A DNA stretch of 64,000 nucleotides. Source: the human T2T-CHM13v2.0 reference genome, Homo sapiens. How positions within the stretch are numbered: the stretch's first letter is position 1; each line of letters opens with the position of its first letter. Location: the NCBI RefSeq assembly GCF_009914755.1, contig NC_060926.1; one strand, written 5' to 3'. Of this stretch, positions 28,591-43,650 are shown piece by piece. The notes below the pieces were generated by a model that was not told the DNA's origin, ran no database searches, and saw nothing but the letters and a program-made list of their open reading frames with translations. The translations under genes were made by a program, and so were the position numbers.

Positions 28591-29379
28591 GGTCCTGTAT
28601 TCTTAGCACCTCATCTGTAGTGCTAGAATGCTACCAGACTTGCCTATTTCTCAGGTTATTTTGAGTTCAAAAGATATAGTGGGTGATATAGTGAGAGACA
28701 TTATACATATGCAAGCTAAAATTAAAAGCAATTATCCAAGATCAGTGTTCTGATATGGAACAATAGATGAGAAATGGAAATCCTGATAGCTTGAAGAGAA
28801 AGATGGGCATCCAGGTTCCCCTTATTGAGTATCTGCTCTCGTCCTCATTTAATTTGTCAGCTTCTGGAGCTGACTTAATGAGTTTTTCTCAGCTGCTGTC
28901 ATTGTTTCCTTCTCCATCTTCCCCTTACAATTAGAGTTTCAGACCAGAATCCCTACAATTTCCATTTCCCAAAGACAGAACATATACACGGTGTGCTTTC
29001 AGGATGGATGCCATGTTGACCTACCAACCCTGGAAAGGAACAAAGGGAGTGTCCCCCTTAACCCCGACCTGCTAAGCTGTAAACCCTGGTTCACCTGAAT
29101 GTGATTGGAGCATGGTATTGTGGTCTCCCCAACAAAGTCCAGAAGGAGTCAAGTGGGGGCACAACTTGTAAAATTTCCTTCATAATGAAAATGTGTGTTC
29201 TTTATAAATGACTTCTCTTTGCAGTAATTCTCTTCCCTATAACTTTATTTATAACAATATTTTTAATGTTGACCTTGAAGCTCAAAAACTTTAAATAACT
29301 TGACCAACTACATATGTCCAGTTAGCAAAATTGCTGGAGAAGAGGTACAAATTTGTGTGAGTCCACATTTGTAGGCTGG

Positions 29380-29674
29380 CATTGGCCTGGAGAAATATCT
29401 AGCAAGCTGCATATTCAGCATTAAATGTTCAAATCACCTCATTAAAAAAGCTCAAAGAGTTGACATCAACTTAGCAATATATTTAAGCAAATGTACCCCA
29501 GATATTATTATTTCAATATATGATAATTCAAAATTATCAGTTAGCTTGCTGTTTTTGTTTTGCTTTGTTTTTGTATTAAGATCTTTAAAACTCAGTGTGT
29601 ATGTTATACCAAGAGCACACCTTAATTTGCACTAGCCATAGGTCAGGTGCTGAATAGCCACATACTGGACAGCC
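29380..29674 (+). mobile_element. MER33-like hAT-Charlie MITE
   Basis: CTCAGTGTGTATGTTATACCAAGAGCACACCTTAATTTGCACTAGCCATAGGTCAGGTGCTGAATAGCCACA..TGGACAGC. Confidence 0.7.
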
Positions 29675-30315
29675 ACCTCACTAGCCACCTCCCATTTTTA
29701 ACATCTTTCACAGACAGCATCTAAGTTATAAGGTACACTTTAATTTTCTAACACTTGTGGAGGCTTGAAAGTGACCAACAGTGAAAGAACAAAAAGTCCT
29801 ATGTTTATTTTCACCGCTTTTTCCCTCCCTCAATATTGTCACCGGTAAACTGAGATCTTTTCCCATTTTGTGTGGATTGCACAGAAGAACCTCCAGCTGG
29901 AAAAGACAATCAGGTTTTTTTTTTCCGCTGGCCAGGGAATGGAGAAGGCACTCTCTTGCTCTAAATGCACCTCTCCCCAAACATTAGAAAGCATAGGGTT
30001 TTTAAGGACTGGGTACATGGCCAGAGAGGAATGTTTGCATGTGCAGAGTGGGACTCCAGACGTGCAGACTTAATTCATAAGTATGTCTTCATACAACCCA
30101 CGTAAACAAAATAGCAGAAGTTTTCTTTTAGAGGTGGAATTTTTGCATTATAATAATATGTTAATGATCTAAAGGCCACTAGGGATTGTCTGCTCCAGTG
30201 TTGCTGGTTTGGGGTTCTTATCTCCCTCTGGTAATCTGGACAGAGGTCAAGAAGCTCTGGCACCATCCCAGGCCATCTGACTTCTTTAAGCAGCTGTGCC
30301 CATAAATAAAGGGAC

Positions 30316-30678
30316 TGTATTAATCCATTTTCATGCTACTGATAAAGACATACCAGAGACTGGGAAGAAAAAGAGGTTTAATGGACCTACAGTTCCATAT
30401 GGCTGGGGTGGCCTCACAATCATGGTGGAAGGCAAGGAGGAGCAAGTCACATTTTACATGGACAGTGTCAGGCAAAGAGAGAGAACTTGTGCAGGGAAAC
30501 TCCTCTTTATAAAACCATTAGATCTCATGAGACATATTCACTATCATGAGAACAGCATGAGAAAGACCCACCCCCATGATTCAATTACCTGACACTGGGT
30601 CCCTCCCATGACATGTGTCAATTGTGAGAGTTACAATTCAAGATGAGATTTGAGGGGAGACATGGACAGACCATATCA
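30316..30678 (-). mobile_element. THE1 solo LTR (THE1B-like, MaLR)
   Basis: TGTATTAATCCATTTTCATGCTACTGATAAAGACATACC ... CCATATCA; 5-bp TSD GGGAC/GGGAA. Confidence 0.93.
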
Positions 30679-33600
30679 GGGAATAAAGAAAAACAGTAAG
30701 AAAAAGAACTTTTCCAGTTGTTTAATCAGGGCTGTCCTGGTAATGAGGTTGAGTTTCTAAATCTCAGTATCAGACCATTCATTCTAATTCCATTACCCTA
30801 AACCTAAACCACTCTGTCCAATCAGCTACAGTCACGTGCCTGCTTATGAACCACAAATCCCAGGATGATCACCTCATTGCCTAAATCCATATTTTCAAAT
30901 CCAGCACAAAAAAAATCTACTGCATGGGCCCAGGTCCTGACACATTACCTCATTATCTATGTGTCTGCACCATCTTCTGGCTGTTGATGCCTCATATTGA
31001 CATCTCTGTGTCTATTTCAATTTCTGACCCAATGTTTTATCCTAATCTCTAATCCCCCTTCCAATGGCTGCCTTGCTTCTTGACCCATGGTTTTTCTTAC
31101 ATTCTGCCAAGAGTACCTCTTTACCATGGTTTTTCTCACATGGCATCAGACTTGCTTGAGTAGGATGACTTTTTAGTTTTGTCTACAATCTCCAGTATTC
31201 TTGGCATTTACTGCATGCTTACTCAATTTCAGACTTCCACAAACTACATGATCTGAATTTCATTAGATGCCTCCCAAGTGACCCAATGAGAACAACAGAC
31301 TTGTACCTGGTCATCAGACTTTCTCCTGACTTGGATTCCTCATGTGACTTTTAGTTGCCCTGCCAAGTTTGCTGCCAATGGAACTGTCTAATGTCTGCCA
31401 AGTGAAAGGGTTTTTTGTTGTTGTTTTCTTTATTTGTTTGTTTTTTTCCCTTAATTTCAAGTACTATGAGATTTCTCAGAAATAAACCTAGCATCCTTAT
31501 TCAGCAAACTTCACACTGAAACACTCTGTACTCCTGGGAAATATTTTAAGAGCCACAAAAGCCAAAAGTATATGGAACAGCTTCTTAAATAAGATTTTCC
31601 CCATGAACTTAGATTTACCTTGTGTGATATAATACAAGTCTAAAGTTAACAATTTCAGAGGAAATAAGAAATAAAGAGGAAAGAAAACTAATATCCCATG
31701 CCTAAGGGCATATCAGGCACACTTCAAATATGAAATGATGTAAAAACAAAATACCTTAATAGGCAAGATTATATCCCTGCTTTTAACATAAAGGAAGTAT
31801 TGACTTATCTAATTAAAGACTGAATCAAGAAAACAACTGAGTGGAACAGCTTCTCCTAGTTGGCATTTTTACAACTATGTCCCTTGATTTATTTAAATGA
31901 TACATGCACCTAGTAGATTTCAAAATATTAATTCATCAAAATCTGTACATGTTTGGATGATGAGCCCAATCCAAGGAGTGGACATATTTGGGCCCAACCT
32001 TTCAAACTTCCAAGTTCAGAGTCTAGATGAAAATGACTTCCCAAGTCTAAAGCTGATATTAGCTAAACATGTGACAGGGCCTTTCCCCCACGATTCATCT
32101 ATAAATCCTTTAACACTATCATTCTCTGGGCTGGTCAGGGAAAATCTTCATTTGGGCGTTATTTTTAAGTATTACACATTTAAAGACTATTATAGACAAA
32201 TGAGTGTGCACCCAGGGGACAAACACCAGCAGAGTAAACATATTAAAACCCAGTAACATGTAAAAGGTTGGAAAACATTACAGATGCTCAGTCTGAAGGC
32301 TGTTATTTTGGCAGGATTAAGAGAGGAGACATGGATTCCATGACAAGAACAAGAAGCCACAGAAAAATGGGGCTCAGCAAACATCAGTGGGTGGGACCAC
32401 CTCCTACCTGAAGTGGTGCAGATATTAGATGGGGGAGGTGAATTTAATGACCTTGACAGGTCTCTCCAGCCCTGAGATTCTATCATAAAATATTCCTTTC
32501 CCACACCACATGTAAAATATAAATGTTGCTCCCTGAAACCCAACCAAGAACAGGCTGCTTTTAAATAAGTGAGAAAAGAGAATGCCTGCTAGTGAGGACT
32601 TTATACTTTGACCTGGGGTTTGTTTCTCTATAAATAACCAGCAATGCACATCGCCATGCAAGATGGGCTTGGCCTCAGCATATCCTCCTGGTCTCATTTT
32701 CCTTATACCTGAAGGGTAGAAAGCTCAGGCCCTTTTTGGCCTTGGGCAAGAGAGCTTTTATTGATTGCACTTGTCATGAGTAATCTGCAGCCAAAGGAGA
32801 GAAACCATATGAGTCCTATAAACAGCAAGTCCTGGTATTGCATTTGCCATATTTTCAAAATGGATATGATATACAGGAGTGATGCAGAAAGCTAAACAGT
32901 CTATAGGTTTATTCCTGTCTCCATGAAACCCCAACATGTATTTCTTTAAAAAGTGATGGGGTAAAATTAGTCTTTATTAACTTTCATTTCCAAGAGGTTT
33001 ACTAAATACTACCATTTTACATTAAAATAAATATTGGGCCAATAATTCTTTTTCATTATTTTTATAATTGCCATTTCAACCATCTGTCAATTACCTTAGC
33101 ACATCATTTGTGAATAGGTTGATCTGCTAGCAAGAACAGCTCTAATGGAGGCAGGGCATGGATTTGTCTTTTGCCATCAGAAATCCAGGCAATTCAAGGC
33201 TGATAGGGCAAACATCAAGAAACTAGTAAGTGCAGGAGCTATGATTTTAATCTAGATTCATTTGCAGTCAGGGTCCATGCATTAGCAATCACCACCATGC
33301 GGATATGCAGAAGGGGCCAGCCTCAGGAAACAGGTCATTCCATAACTGCCCTTGTTACCTTCCCATCAAGTGCCCCTGTTCTCCCAGCAGAGGAAACAGC
33401 CACGTCATTGTGTTAAGCTATCAGTGCCAGTTCCTCCTCCAGTGGGTATCTGCAACATCTTCACTGGGGGAGATTACTGTTAAAAACGCTGAAAGAAATT
33501 TTAAGACGGAGATGGCAGATTTCACAAATACAGATGAAGCCCATTCTTAAGTTATATGGGATAATAAGCTCATTGGAGTTGCACAAAAAATCCAAGATCA

Positions 33601-34494
33601 TCAAGGCAATGGACCCAATGCTATATTTAAGGAGAGACATTAAAAATAAGTTCATAATAAGATATAAGCAGATTCTACTCATTTAATTAATTTCTACCAA
33701 AAGAATAACAAATTAACTTGAAGATAAAAAAATAATGGGAAAGAAGTGATAATTCGATTAAAAAGTAAGGCATTTGCTCCTATAGAGAAATAACATAAAC
33801 AGATTTTTGAAAACATTTACCTTTGCCTAATTATTCATTACGCTCAGCTTTATATGGAAATGACCAAATCTTAATATCCCAGATGGCCCATCATGGGTTC
33901 ACTTTCTATCCACAATCAAAACAAAGCCCTAGACAGTCAGTGACTTCAACATTTTCTGCAAATTAGTAGACATTTTGAGCAAACAAGCCTCATGTGGATG
34001 ATGCAGTACTTCAACTGAATGATCAAGAGCTTAAGATGATGTGGAATGCTGTCATCAAACCCAATCTGCTCATTCCAAGCTGTGATTTCTGACTGAAAAA
34101 CAGGTGACCTTTAGCAACTAGCTTGAACTAAGGTGGAAAGATATGCATACATATTGAGTTACATTGGTTTCTAGCCTTTGATTTTACCAGTGTTTTAAAT
34201 TAATCTCCTCTTCTTTCCTCCTTTTCCAATCCTTATTCTTTTCTCATATTTTCTTATTTGTGTCCTAAGTTCAGTATGAGTAAACACATACCTTCTTAAA
34301 GAACATTTCTAACATAATTTAGTATTGATCTTGTTTATACATCAGTTTAGGATGTATGTAGAATTTGTTTCTATTCACTCATTTAATTTTCTGTTCGATA
34401 TTTACTGAACACTTGCCAAGTGTCAACAGGAGACCTGAACAAGACAGGTTCTAGAGGACCATGGGCTGCCACATATCCTAGACAGAGCTAACAC

Positions 34495-34612
34495 TAGGGT
34501 GACCTAATAGCCAAGTATTTCCTGGGACAGCTCTGATTGACGCCGCTGTCTGAGCATGACTATACTGACTTTTTCATCTTCAAGTGTTCTAGTTTGGAGG
34601 ACAAAGTCTGTG
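34495..34612. mobile_element. hAT-Blackjack MITE, MER94-like
   Basis: TAGGGTGACC terminus, CCTGGGACAG, AAGTGTTCTAGTTTGGAGGACAAA. Confidence 0.45.
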
Positions 34613-34646
34613 ATTTATCTATATTCTTAGTTAAAACTGTAGGAAG

Positions 34647-34685
34647 TGTGTGTGTGTGTGTGTGTGTGTCTGTGTGTGTGTGTGT
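34647..34685. repeat. (TG)n microsatellite
   Basis: Read directly. Confidence 0.95.
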
Positions 34686-34869
34686 TTTAAATTGGTGAGC
34701 TTGGCAGCCTGTCTTCCTATGTGTAGTTTCCACTAGGTTAAGAAACCTCAAGTCATATGATTGACAAGGGAGTGACATAATTTGCATATGGAATGAAGCT
34801 CTGACACCTACCAGAAAACAGAGGAACCACCCAGAATTCTGTGTAGTATGAGCTCATATAACAGAGGTA

Positions 34870-35060
34870 ATGATAGGTAACATTCACTGGCTCTACACTA
34901 TATGTACCAGACTCTGTGCTAAAGGCCCTCAAACTTCATTCAAACCTCACCAATATCCATATGGTAGGGAAGGACATTTATTTCTATTTTCTTATTGAAG
35001 ACACAGATTCTGATAAGTAAAGTTAGTTTTACTTATCAGGGGATCCAACCATAACCTCTC
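34870..35060 (-). mobile_element. MIR SINE
   Basis: TATATGTACCAGACTCTGTGCTAAAG..CCTCACCAATATCCATATGGTAGG..ATTGAAGACACAGATTCTGA. Confidence 0.6.
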
Positions 35061-35570
35061 TGGAACCTAACTAGGGAATGATGCATATTGACTCACTGCA
35101 TCTAAAAAGTGCTACCAATTACACAGAATCTCTTCTCACCCGGCTGTAAATAGGGTAGAGAGAAAGGATGTGAGAGGAGTCACAACCATTGCATTTGATG
35201 AGCTTGTGTGGTTTCCCACTTTCTGGTGAAACCTGTTGGATTCAGGGATTCATCCCTTACCACCCATACTCCAATCTCCTTACCTTCACCCTCCCCAGTC
35301 CCTACATATACATATTATACCTTTGTCACCTAAAAAAAATAAAAAATGTACATTTAACCTCTGTTCCATGCCTTTCGTCCTCCTAATATTTTTCTTTACT
35401 TTATACTTAAACATGTAACTTAAATATCCATCCAGCATTTGCTTCTAGAAATTTAGTGTTCTCTCAACTATATCAGAAAATTCCTACTGCATGTGTTTCA
35501 AGACCTGATTGTCATCCTTAACCTCTTATTTCTGTTTAAACATCTCAGCCACCTTCTCTGTGATTATTTT

Positions 35571-35894
<324 letters not shown>

Positions 35895-37574
35895 TGATTA
35901 TTTTTTTTGCCACAAGTTTTCTACACCACCAGTGGCACAAGGCTGTTCGTTGTATAGAGTGAGATTTTGCTGACATTTTGGTGACAATGGCGAGTGATTT
36001 CAGCACCAAAGGGAGACAGCAAAACGTTGAGCATTGGGTGTCATTCTACCTATGGCCATCAGCTATTATTTAGCTCTAGATAATTAAGTGGCCTCTAGCT
36101 TTGGAGGCCCCAGTCCCTTGCAACTATTATGTCTTCAAATCAAGACACTTCTCTTATCCCATCTTGTTACATGACCCCAGTTCTCTAAAAAAAAAATACA
36201 TTTATTTTGTCTAGTTATTAAACAATTCTAAAAATAACAAAAAGTCCCCATGCAGCAGAATAATCATTTCCCCTGAGAAAGGAAGCCACCATTTCTGTTA
36301 TTGTACCTTGCTTTAACTACTTTGGTTTAGACCTTCCCATAACCAAAATATTCATTAAGCTGTTTCTCTAAATAGGATACCAAGATATTTCTTCTACTGC
36401 CACTCTAGAACAAAGAAATACTGAAATTAGCTTTTAAACCAAAAATTTTGTCCTAATGATGTAAATAAAATATATTTAATTAAGCATGAAAAATGTATTT
36501 ATTGAACTCCTGTAACACTCCAGCAATGAGGGGAAGAAGATTATGGGGCTATAAAGCAGCATAGTATATGAATCCTCAAAGAATTGTCAAGTCAGTTTAA
36601 GAGAGAAAATTTTTGAAGAATAAATACAAAGGAAAAAGAGGATAAAAAGGCTATGCTTTTCTTTTACACCCCCTTCTCCTGCCTCATTAGAGAAAATTGG
36701 TATGAAGATTAAAAGAAGTCTACGAAAATAAACATATTCTTTAAACTTTAAGTAAATTAATTGAAATTAATTCAGTGCTTATTTATTTCCCAAACTCCTA
36801 TCCCTTGAGAAAGTGATGGCACTCGGAGATTTTGCAAAAAGAGTATTCTAAATTGCTGTTCAGTAAAATATCTCATTGAGCATGGTCAAAGTAGAAAACA
36901 TAGACTTATGAAAAACATTTTACCATGGAAAGTTTCAGGTGAGTAATTCTTTTCTCAAAAAAGATATTGTCTTGTTATGTTTTTACACATGAAGATATTT
37001 AAAAGATTACCATCTTTATAAAGCTAGTGTCATCCTACAGTTAAGCGACAAGAAGAAGCCAACAACTTGAGGAAACTTGGCAAATGTGGTTCTCCTGGGA
37101 CCAATTAGGTAAGAACAGGAGAAATGAGCTTTTGCTTGCTTTTTTCTGCAGTGGTTTCACAAGCTGGCTTCAGGGTTGTTGCTGACCGACTACGGAAGCC
37201 GGATGGGACCTTTTAAGCCAGAAAGCGAGAGGCATCTTTTAGAGCTCTACTTCCTCAGGCTCAGGCCGAACAGCAATCTCTTTCTGTAACTAACCCAAGC
37301 TCTTCCCTCACGTAATTTCTCCCAGGAGCACATAATTTCTCCCAGGATTCCCGGCGGCATTTGTCTGCAGGCACGTTACATCTTCACTCTTTTTCAGAAA
37401 CCACCCTCCCTGTCCTTTCCTCTTTGCCTGGGATGAATCCCCAGTCCCCCATATGTTAGATGCAAAGATCCAAGGCAATGAGGTTTTCAGGGTCTCAAGA
37501 CTAGAGCTGCTAAAAAGTTTAAACATAGGTAGAGATCCCAACAAGCATAGGCACCCAAAAAGGGCAAAGCATTA

Positions 37575-37770
37575 CTGATGGTAAAACAAAGGGCTTTGAA
37601 ATCTGACACACTTGTGTTTGAATGCCAGATTATTAGTATACTAACTGTGCACCTTGTGTCTAATGTTTAGCTACAACAAACCTCGGTATACTTATTTCTG
37701 AAATGGGAATCATAGTGAGTTTTGAGGTTTAGAACTGATCAGTATAAAGAACTAGGTGTTCAATAAGCAA
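37575..37770 (+). mobile_element. MIR SINE
   Basis: GGGCTTTGAAATCTGACACACTTGTGTTTGAATGCC..TTTCTGAAATGGGAATCATAG. Confidence 0.65.
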
Positions 37771-39066
37771 ATGTCATGTCTTTGAAATGAAAATGATAAA
37801 CCTACGTGGATTTATTTTCCCTTTATTCATCTTTGGAATTGGTTGTAACAGATAATTTATGCCCTACATGCCAGAGAGTGTTCACAGCCAGTCTGTTCTG
37901 ACTGATGCAGATCTCTCCAGAATATGCTCACAGCACCAAGCACCTCTCTGTAATTGACAACAGCTGAAAGTTTCTATTTATTAATGTATGTAGTTTAAAA
38001 TGTGTTTTCTAATAGACTGTAAACTTCTTCAGGTGAAGGACTTTTTTTTTTTTTGCATGAATGTTTCCAAGGCATACAAAGATTCCTAGTGCAAAATTAG
38101 CACACAACAGATAAATACATTAAATCAAATTTTAAAATGAGCCTCCAAAAATGGTTTTCCCATTTCACAGGTGAGAAAGCTGGGGCTCTGAAAGAACAGT
38201 TTTTCTAAAGTAGCATAGGTAGTACAGAGGGTCTGAGATTCAGACCAAGAAGTGATTCTCTAGAGTCAATATTAGTTTCTATTATATATGAAATAGATAA
38301 TATATCATTACTGTCATTTTTCAATCAGTGAATAAACAGAAGTCCAGAGAATGTTAAACAGATGTTTGCAGAGTTGGGGCTCAAACCCAGGCCTCCAATT
38401 AGATGTCCATTGCTCTTTTTTTTTTTTTTTTGACCTACTTTCGGGTCACCATGAAAACCATTCTCAGGATATTCCTACCTTAACTTTGCTCTTGGCTGGC
38501 TGTCCAGGATTTGCTTGCCTAGGCAGGAGCAAATCTTTTTTCCACTGTATGAATTTGTGGAGTCAGTAGTCCTGCCAGAGTCTTGGTTTGGTCTTGGTTG
38601 AGGAGGTAGCTTTCAGCTATCACCTGCTTGCTTGTTCTAGTTTTGCTGGAGAGCATTTTCCCCTCAACATTTTTGGCAGGCAGCCAGGCCTTTTTATTAT
38701 GTGGAACTGCTCCTCAGGACACACCACAATGGAATGTCAGAGTGTGATGCTGTTGGGAGGTTAAGTAAAAGAGGTCACAAGTCTTGCCAGCTCAGGGGCA
38801 AAGAGGTGAGCTATCTGACCCTAGCATCTGCTGCAGCACTGCTGTGAGTGCCACAGTTGGAGACATCCTGGCACATGTGTCTTTGGGACTCAGGTGTGGG
38901 CTCTGTGAGTTGTGGACTCTTGTAAGCCAACTCTGGTTGCAGAGAGGCTGGCTTCAATCAAGCACATAGGAATAAATTCAGGAGACAATGGAAACCTACT
39001 CTGTCTTGGCAATATTAAATTTTTGCTGAGAAGACTTGCCTTGATCATGGAGAATGAAAGAGGGAC

Positions 39067-39414
39067 TATTAGTCTGTTTGGGCTGCTGTAATAAAATACT
39101 ACATACGAGGTGACTTATAAGCAATATATTTATTTGCTTCTCACAGTTCTAGAGATCTGGAAGTCTAAGATCAAGGTGCTGGCACAGTTTATATCTGGTG
39201 CGGGCTTTCTGTTTCATAGATGGCACCTCCTAGCTGTGTCTTCACATGGTCTCTGGAGATTTTTTATAAGGGCACTAATCTCATTTATGAGAGCCTCACC
39301 CTCATGAACTAGTCACATTCCAAATTGTGCACCTCCCGGTGTTACTGCATTGTTGATTATGTTTCAACATGTCAGTACTGGGGTAGGGAAGACACAATTA
39401 TTGAGACCATAGCA
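39067..39414 (-). mobile_element. MaLR LTR (MLT1A/MSTD-like)
   Basis: TATTAGTCTGTTTGGGCTGCTGTAATAAAATAC..TCACAGTTCTAGAG..GACCATAGCA; TSD-like GGGAC/GGGGC. Confidence 0.85.
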
Positions 39415-39450
39415 GGGGCTTTTCCTCTTAGCCCAGTACTTGTACTTTAC

Positions 39451-39516
39451 CTATGTTCTCATTGTTCAGCTCCCACTTATAAGTGAGAATATGCGGTGTT
39501 TGGTTTTCTGTTACTG
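39451..39516 (-). mobile_element. Displaced, inverted 5' piece of the old L1PA at 39848-40075
   Basis: Reverse complement CAGTAACAGAAAACCAAACACCGCATATTCTCACTTATAAGTGGGAGCTGAACAATGAGAACAT is the end of L1 ORF2. Confidence 0.88.
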
Positions 39517-39847
39517 GAACACAGGATGTTCTAAATGCCATGCTGAGGGTGAGGCCTACAAGAGTAAGCCAAGCAGAGCTCTTGCCCTTCAGAAGCTTAT
39601 AGTTTAGCAGAGGAACCAGATAAATCAAAACAATTTATAAGTTTTGTTAATAGTTCCAAAAGGAGGAATGGTGGTTTTTCAAATATAAAACAAGTCTTTT
39701 TCCACAAGGCTACTGCCTGGGGAACCATTTCTAGATGGGTCAGGGAGGCCCCCAGATGTACTTTTTAGATGCTCAATCATGAGAAGAGTTGGGGTTTCCT
39801 AGGGAGGGGCTAGGATGGCCAGAAGCTATTTGGAAGCTATTTGTTCC
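39517..39847 (-). mobile_element. L2 fragment carried in the inverted segment
   Basis: CTTGCCCTTCAGAAGCTTATAGTTTAGCAGAGG and GGGTCAGGGAGGCC resemble the L2 3' region. Confidence 0.6.
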
Positions 39848-40491
<644 letters not shown>

Positions 40492-40938
40492 TAGTTCTTG
40501 GAGTGTGAATATGCATTCAATAGTTTGGATGTGTTTCTGTTTTCCACCGGGCAACTTGAGTAGCTTTAGTTTGTAAGATCCCAGATAGCGTTCTCTTCAC
40601 TGATAGTTATTATCCGAATACCTTTGTAATGCCTGAGTCAGTGCAGTTTTGCATGAGTTCCCTGGAGAATAACTTTCATGAGCTAACACCACTTTGACAG
40701 CTTTCCCTCCCTTTCTACTCTTGGGAATATCTGGGACATAGGCTGAGCTCCCTTTTCATAGAGTTATCTTAAGAAGCGAGATTAACTATATACTATGTAA
40801 TGCATACATTAAACAGGAGGAAACTAGATTATATGGAGTCATTTAAATTGCTAGCCAATTTTATGTGTTGGCTCTCATCTCATCTACAGTTTTAGACTTT
40901 CTGTCTTTCTACGTGCTCATAAAGAAAACCCTGGATGT

Positions 40939-41273
40939 GGCCTGGTGTGGTGGCTCACGCCCGTAATCTCAACAATTTGGGAAGCCGAAGAGGTTGGCTA
41001 GCTTGAGGCTAAGGGTTCAAGACCAGCCTGGGCAACATGGAAAAACCCCATCCTCTGCAAGAAAAAAAAAAAAATTAGCCAGGTTTGGTGGCGTGTACCT
41101 GTAGTCAGAGTTACTTGAGAGGCTGAGGTGGGAGGATCACTTGAGCCCAGGAGGTAGAGGTGCAGTGGGCTAGGATTGTGCCACTGCACTCCAATGTGGG
41201 TGACAGAATGAGACCTTGTCTTGAAAAACAAACAAACAAACAAACGAAAAACAAGAAGAAGAAAAGAGAAGAG
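40939..41273 (+). mobile_element. AluJ-like with complex tail and TSD AGAAAACCCTGG
   Basis: TSD at 40923-40934 and 41274-41285. Confidence 0.93.
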
Positions 41274-41789
41274 AGAAAACCCTGGGTATGTAAATCTTGT
41301 TGACACTGTCTCAAACATTCATTCTTTTCAAGGACATTATTGGATGATGTGAGTTTAGTCTCTATTAAGATCTCATTTGGGTACCCTTTTATTCAGGTGA
41401 TAAAATATTTTGTTATTAATAATATTTTCATTGAGTCAATACTTATTATTTACTGATCTCTCATTATACAGCATGTGTTTTAAATAAATCACATTTTATT
41501 TTGATAACAGAACACTAAACTAGGTATTTGAATCCTGATTTTTAACTATGAAGAAACCAAAAGCCGGAAAGGTAAAATGATCTCCAGCAGGCCATAGAGC
41601 TACTGATTGGTGGTTCTGGGACTCAATTCGAATCTGCCTGGCTCTGGCTCACAAAGGCCTTTCCCTTGGGAATGCCATCTCTCTCATTCCCTGCTGACTC
41701 ATGCCTTCTCGGCGACGGCCTACTTCTTCTGCCCAGCATGAACTGCCCCTTGGAAGCAGGCATAACTTCTTTACAGTTACATTCCAGAG

Positions 41790-42105
41790 CAGCAATGCTC
41801 AAATTTGGTGGCACCTTAGAATTACCTGGGGAGCTCTAGGTCCCACTTCTAGCTATCCTAATTTCGTTGTTCTGGACTGGGACTGAGCATCTGGATTTAT
41901 GAAAGTTTTCTGTCAATGTGGATATGCAGCAAAGTTACAACAATTGTTTTAGAGCAGTGGCCCTCAAGTAGAATGTGAACACAAACCTCCTGGGGATGTG
42001 TTACAGAAAATCCTGATTCAGCAGAATTGAGGTTGGACCTGAGATACTGAATTTCCAAAAAGCCCCCAGTGATGCTATTCTGTTGGCCTACAGACCAAGA
42101 CATTG
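41790..42105. mobile_element. Two adjacent MER5-type hAT MITEs
   Basis: CAGCAATGCTCAAA..GATATGCAGCAAAGTT and CAGTGGCCCTCAA..CTGATTCAGCAG..CCCCAGTGATGCT. Confidence 0.6.
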
Positions 42106-43344
42106 CTGGCAAGGCCCCAGAATCTCCCCATTTTCTCTGCATAGCCCGCCCATCTCCTCTTTTCCAGGTCACCCTTCTCCTGGGAGAAATTCTCCAGTTC
42201 AGGGTTTGCACTGTGTTTTCAATGTAGCTGTTCTCTTTCAGCAGCTCCCGTTAATCATTGGAAAGTTCCATCTCAACTAAAACTCTCTGTTAGCTGAGTA
42301 GAATAGGGGGTGGCATGTAAAGAAGTCGAGGTCACAAGATCAATACCCAAGTTTAATACCCATAGGGACCAGTTAGCTTTTCTGTGCCCTGAACCCAAGT
42401 CTCCAGGCCAGCCATGGCTCAGATGTATGGGATTGTCCCTGAGAGATGAATGCTTCATGTCCATCACACATGCAATACTTACCAGAACAGCAGCCACAGT
42501 CTGACTCCCACTCGCTCAAAGGTCAATAGCATATCTTGATAGGAAATAAAGACACAGCAATGTTAGCTACAATCGGGTGCTTACCTGTGCCAGGCACTGC
42601 GGTAAACATTTTAGAATCCTTGCAACATTCTTTGAGGTAGGTGGTCTCATTATCTCCATTGGATAAATGAGGAAATGGGGTTCATGGTTTTCACCTTCTG
42701 ACAGCATGCAACCTGTAGATAACCCAAAATCCAAGGACTTAGGCCAGTATGCCGGGTGCTAACCAATGTAAATTAGGGTTGATAAAGGATTTGCAGCTCT
42801 TTGGCGTTGGAAACTTCAAAATATGTTTTTCTACCATGTCCCTGTCAAGCTTCGTTAATCTCGGCATTGTCCCCTCTCTCAATTTATACTGATGATGACT
42901 GCCTTGTTTATTTATTGTGTTTTTAGAGAAGCTCAAATTAGACCATCCGTATGTTTAAAAAGAAAAATTGAAGAACTGCGTAATATTGGGAGCATTTTAG
43001 CTTCATCGAATCTGTGCAGCAAATGTATCCACAGATTTACCTACCATAATATGAGTCTGGTCCTTCCAATCTACACCTCTTTTGATTTGTCATCAGTGTA
43101 CAAGGTCATAATTCTCGTCTAAGAGCCTAGAGATTTCCCCAGTCAACTTTGTTTTATTCTAATGTACCTGACTAGTGGAGTCTGCAATATTTCTATAGGT
43201 TAAAGAAACACTAATGTTTTATTTTTAAGTGAAAAATTCAAGGAAAGCTACATCTTTTTTGCTTTAGTGTTCAGAAACACAAATTTTTGATATTTATAAT
43301 GAATACTGACTAATAAAGACTACGGATTGTATAATTTTGATGTT

Positions 43345-43650
<306 letters not shown>

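Noticed and set aside
36930-36945. Strong splice-donor-like CAG|GTGAGT
   Set aside because: No convincing acceptor or open frame upstream; such motifs are expected by chance in 64 kb. A non-coding exon cannot be excluded
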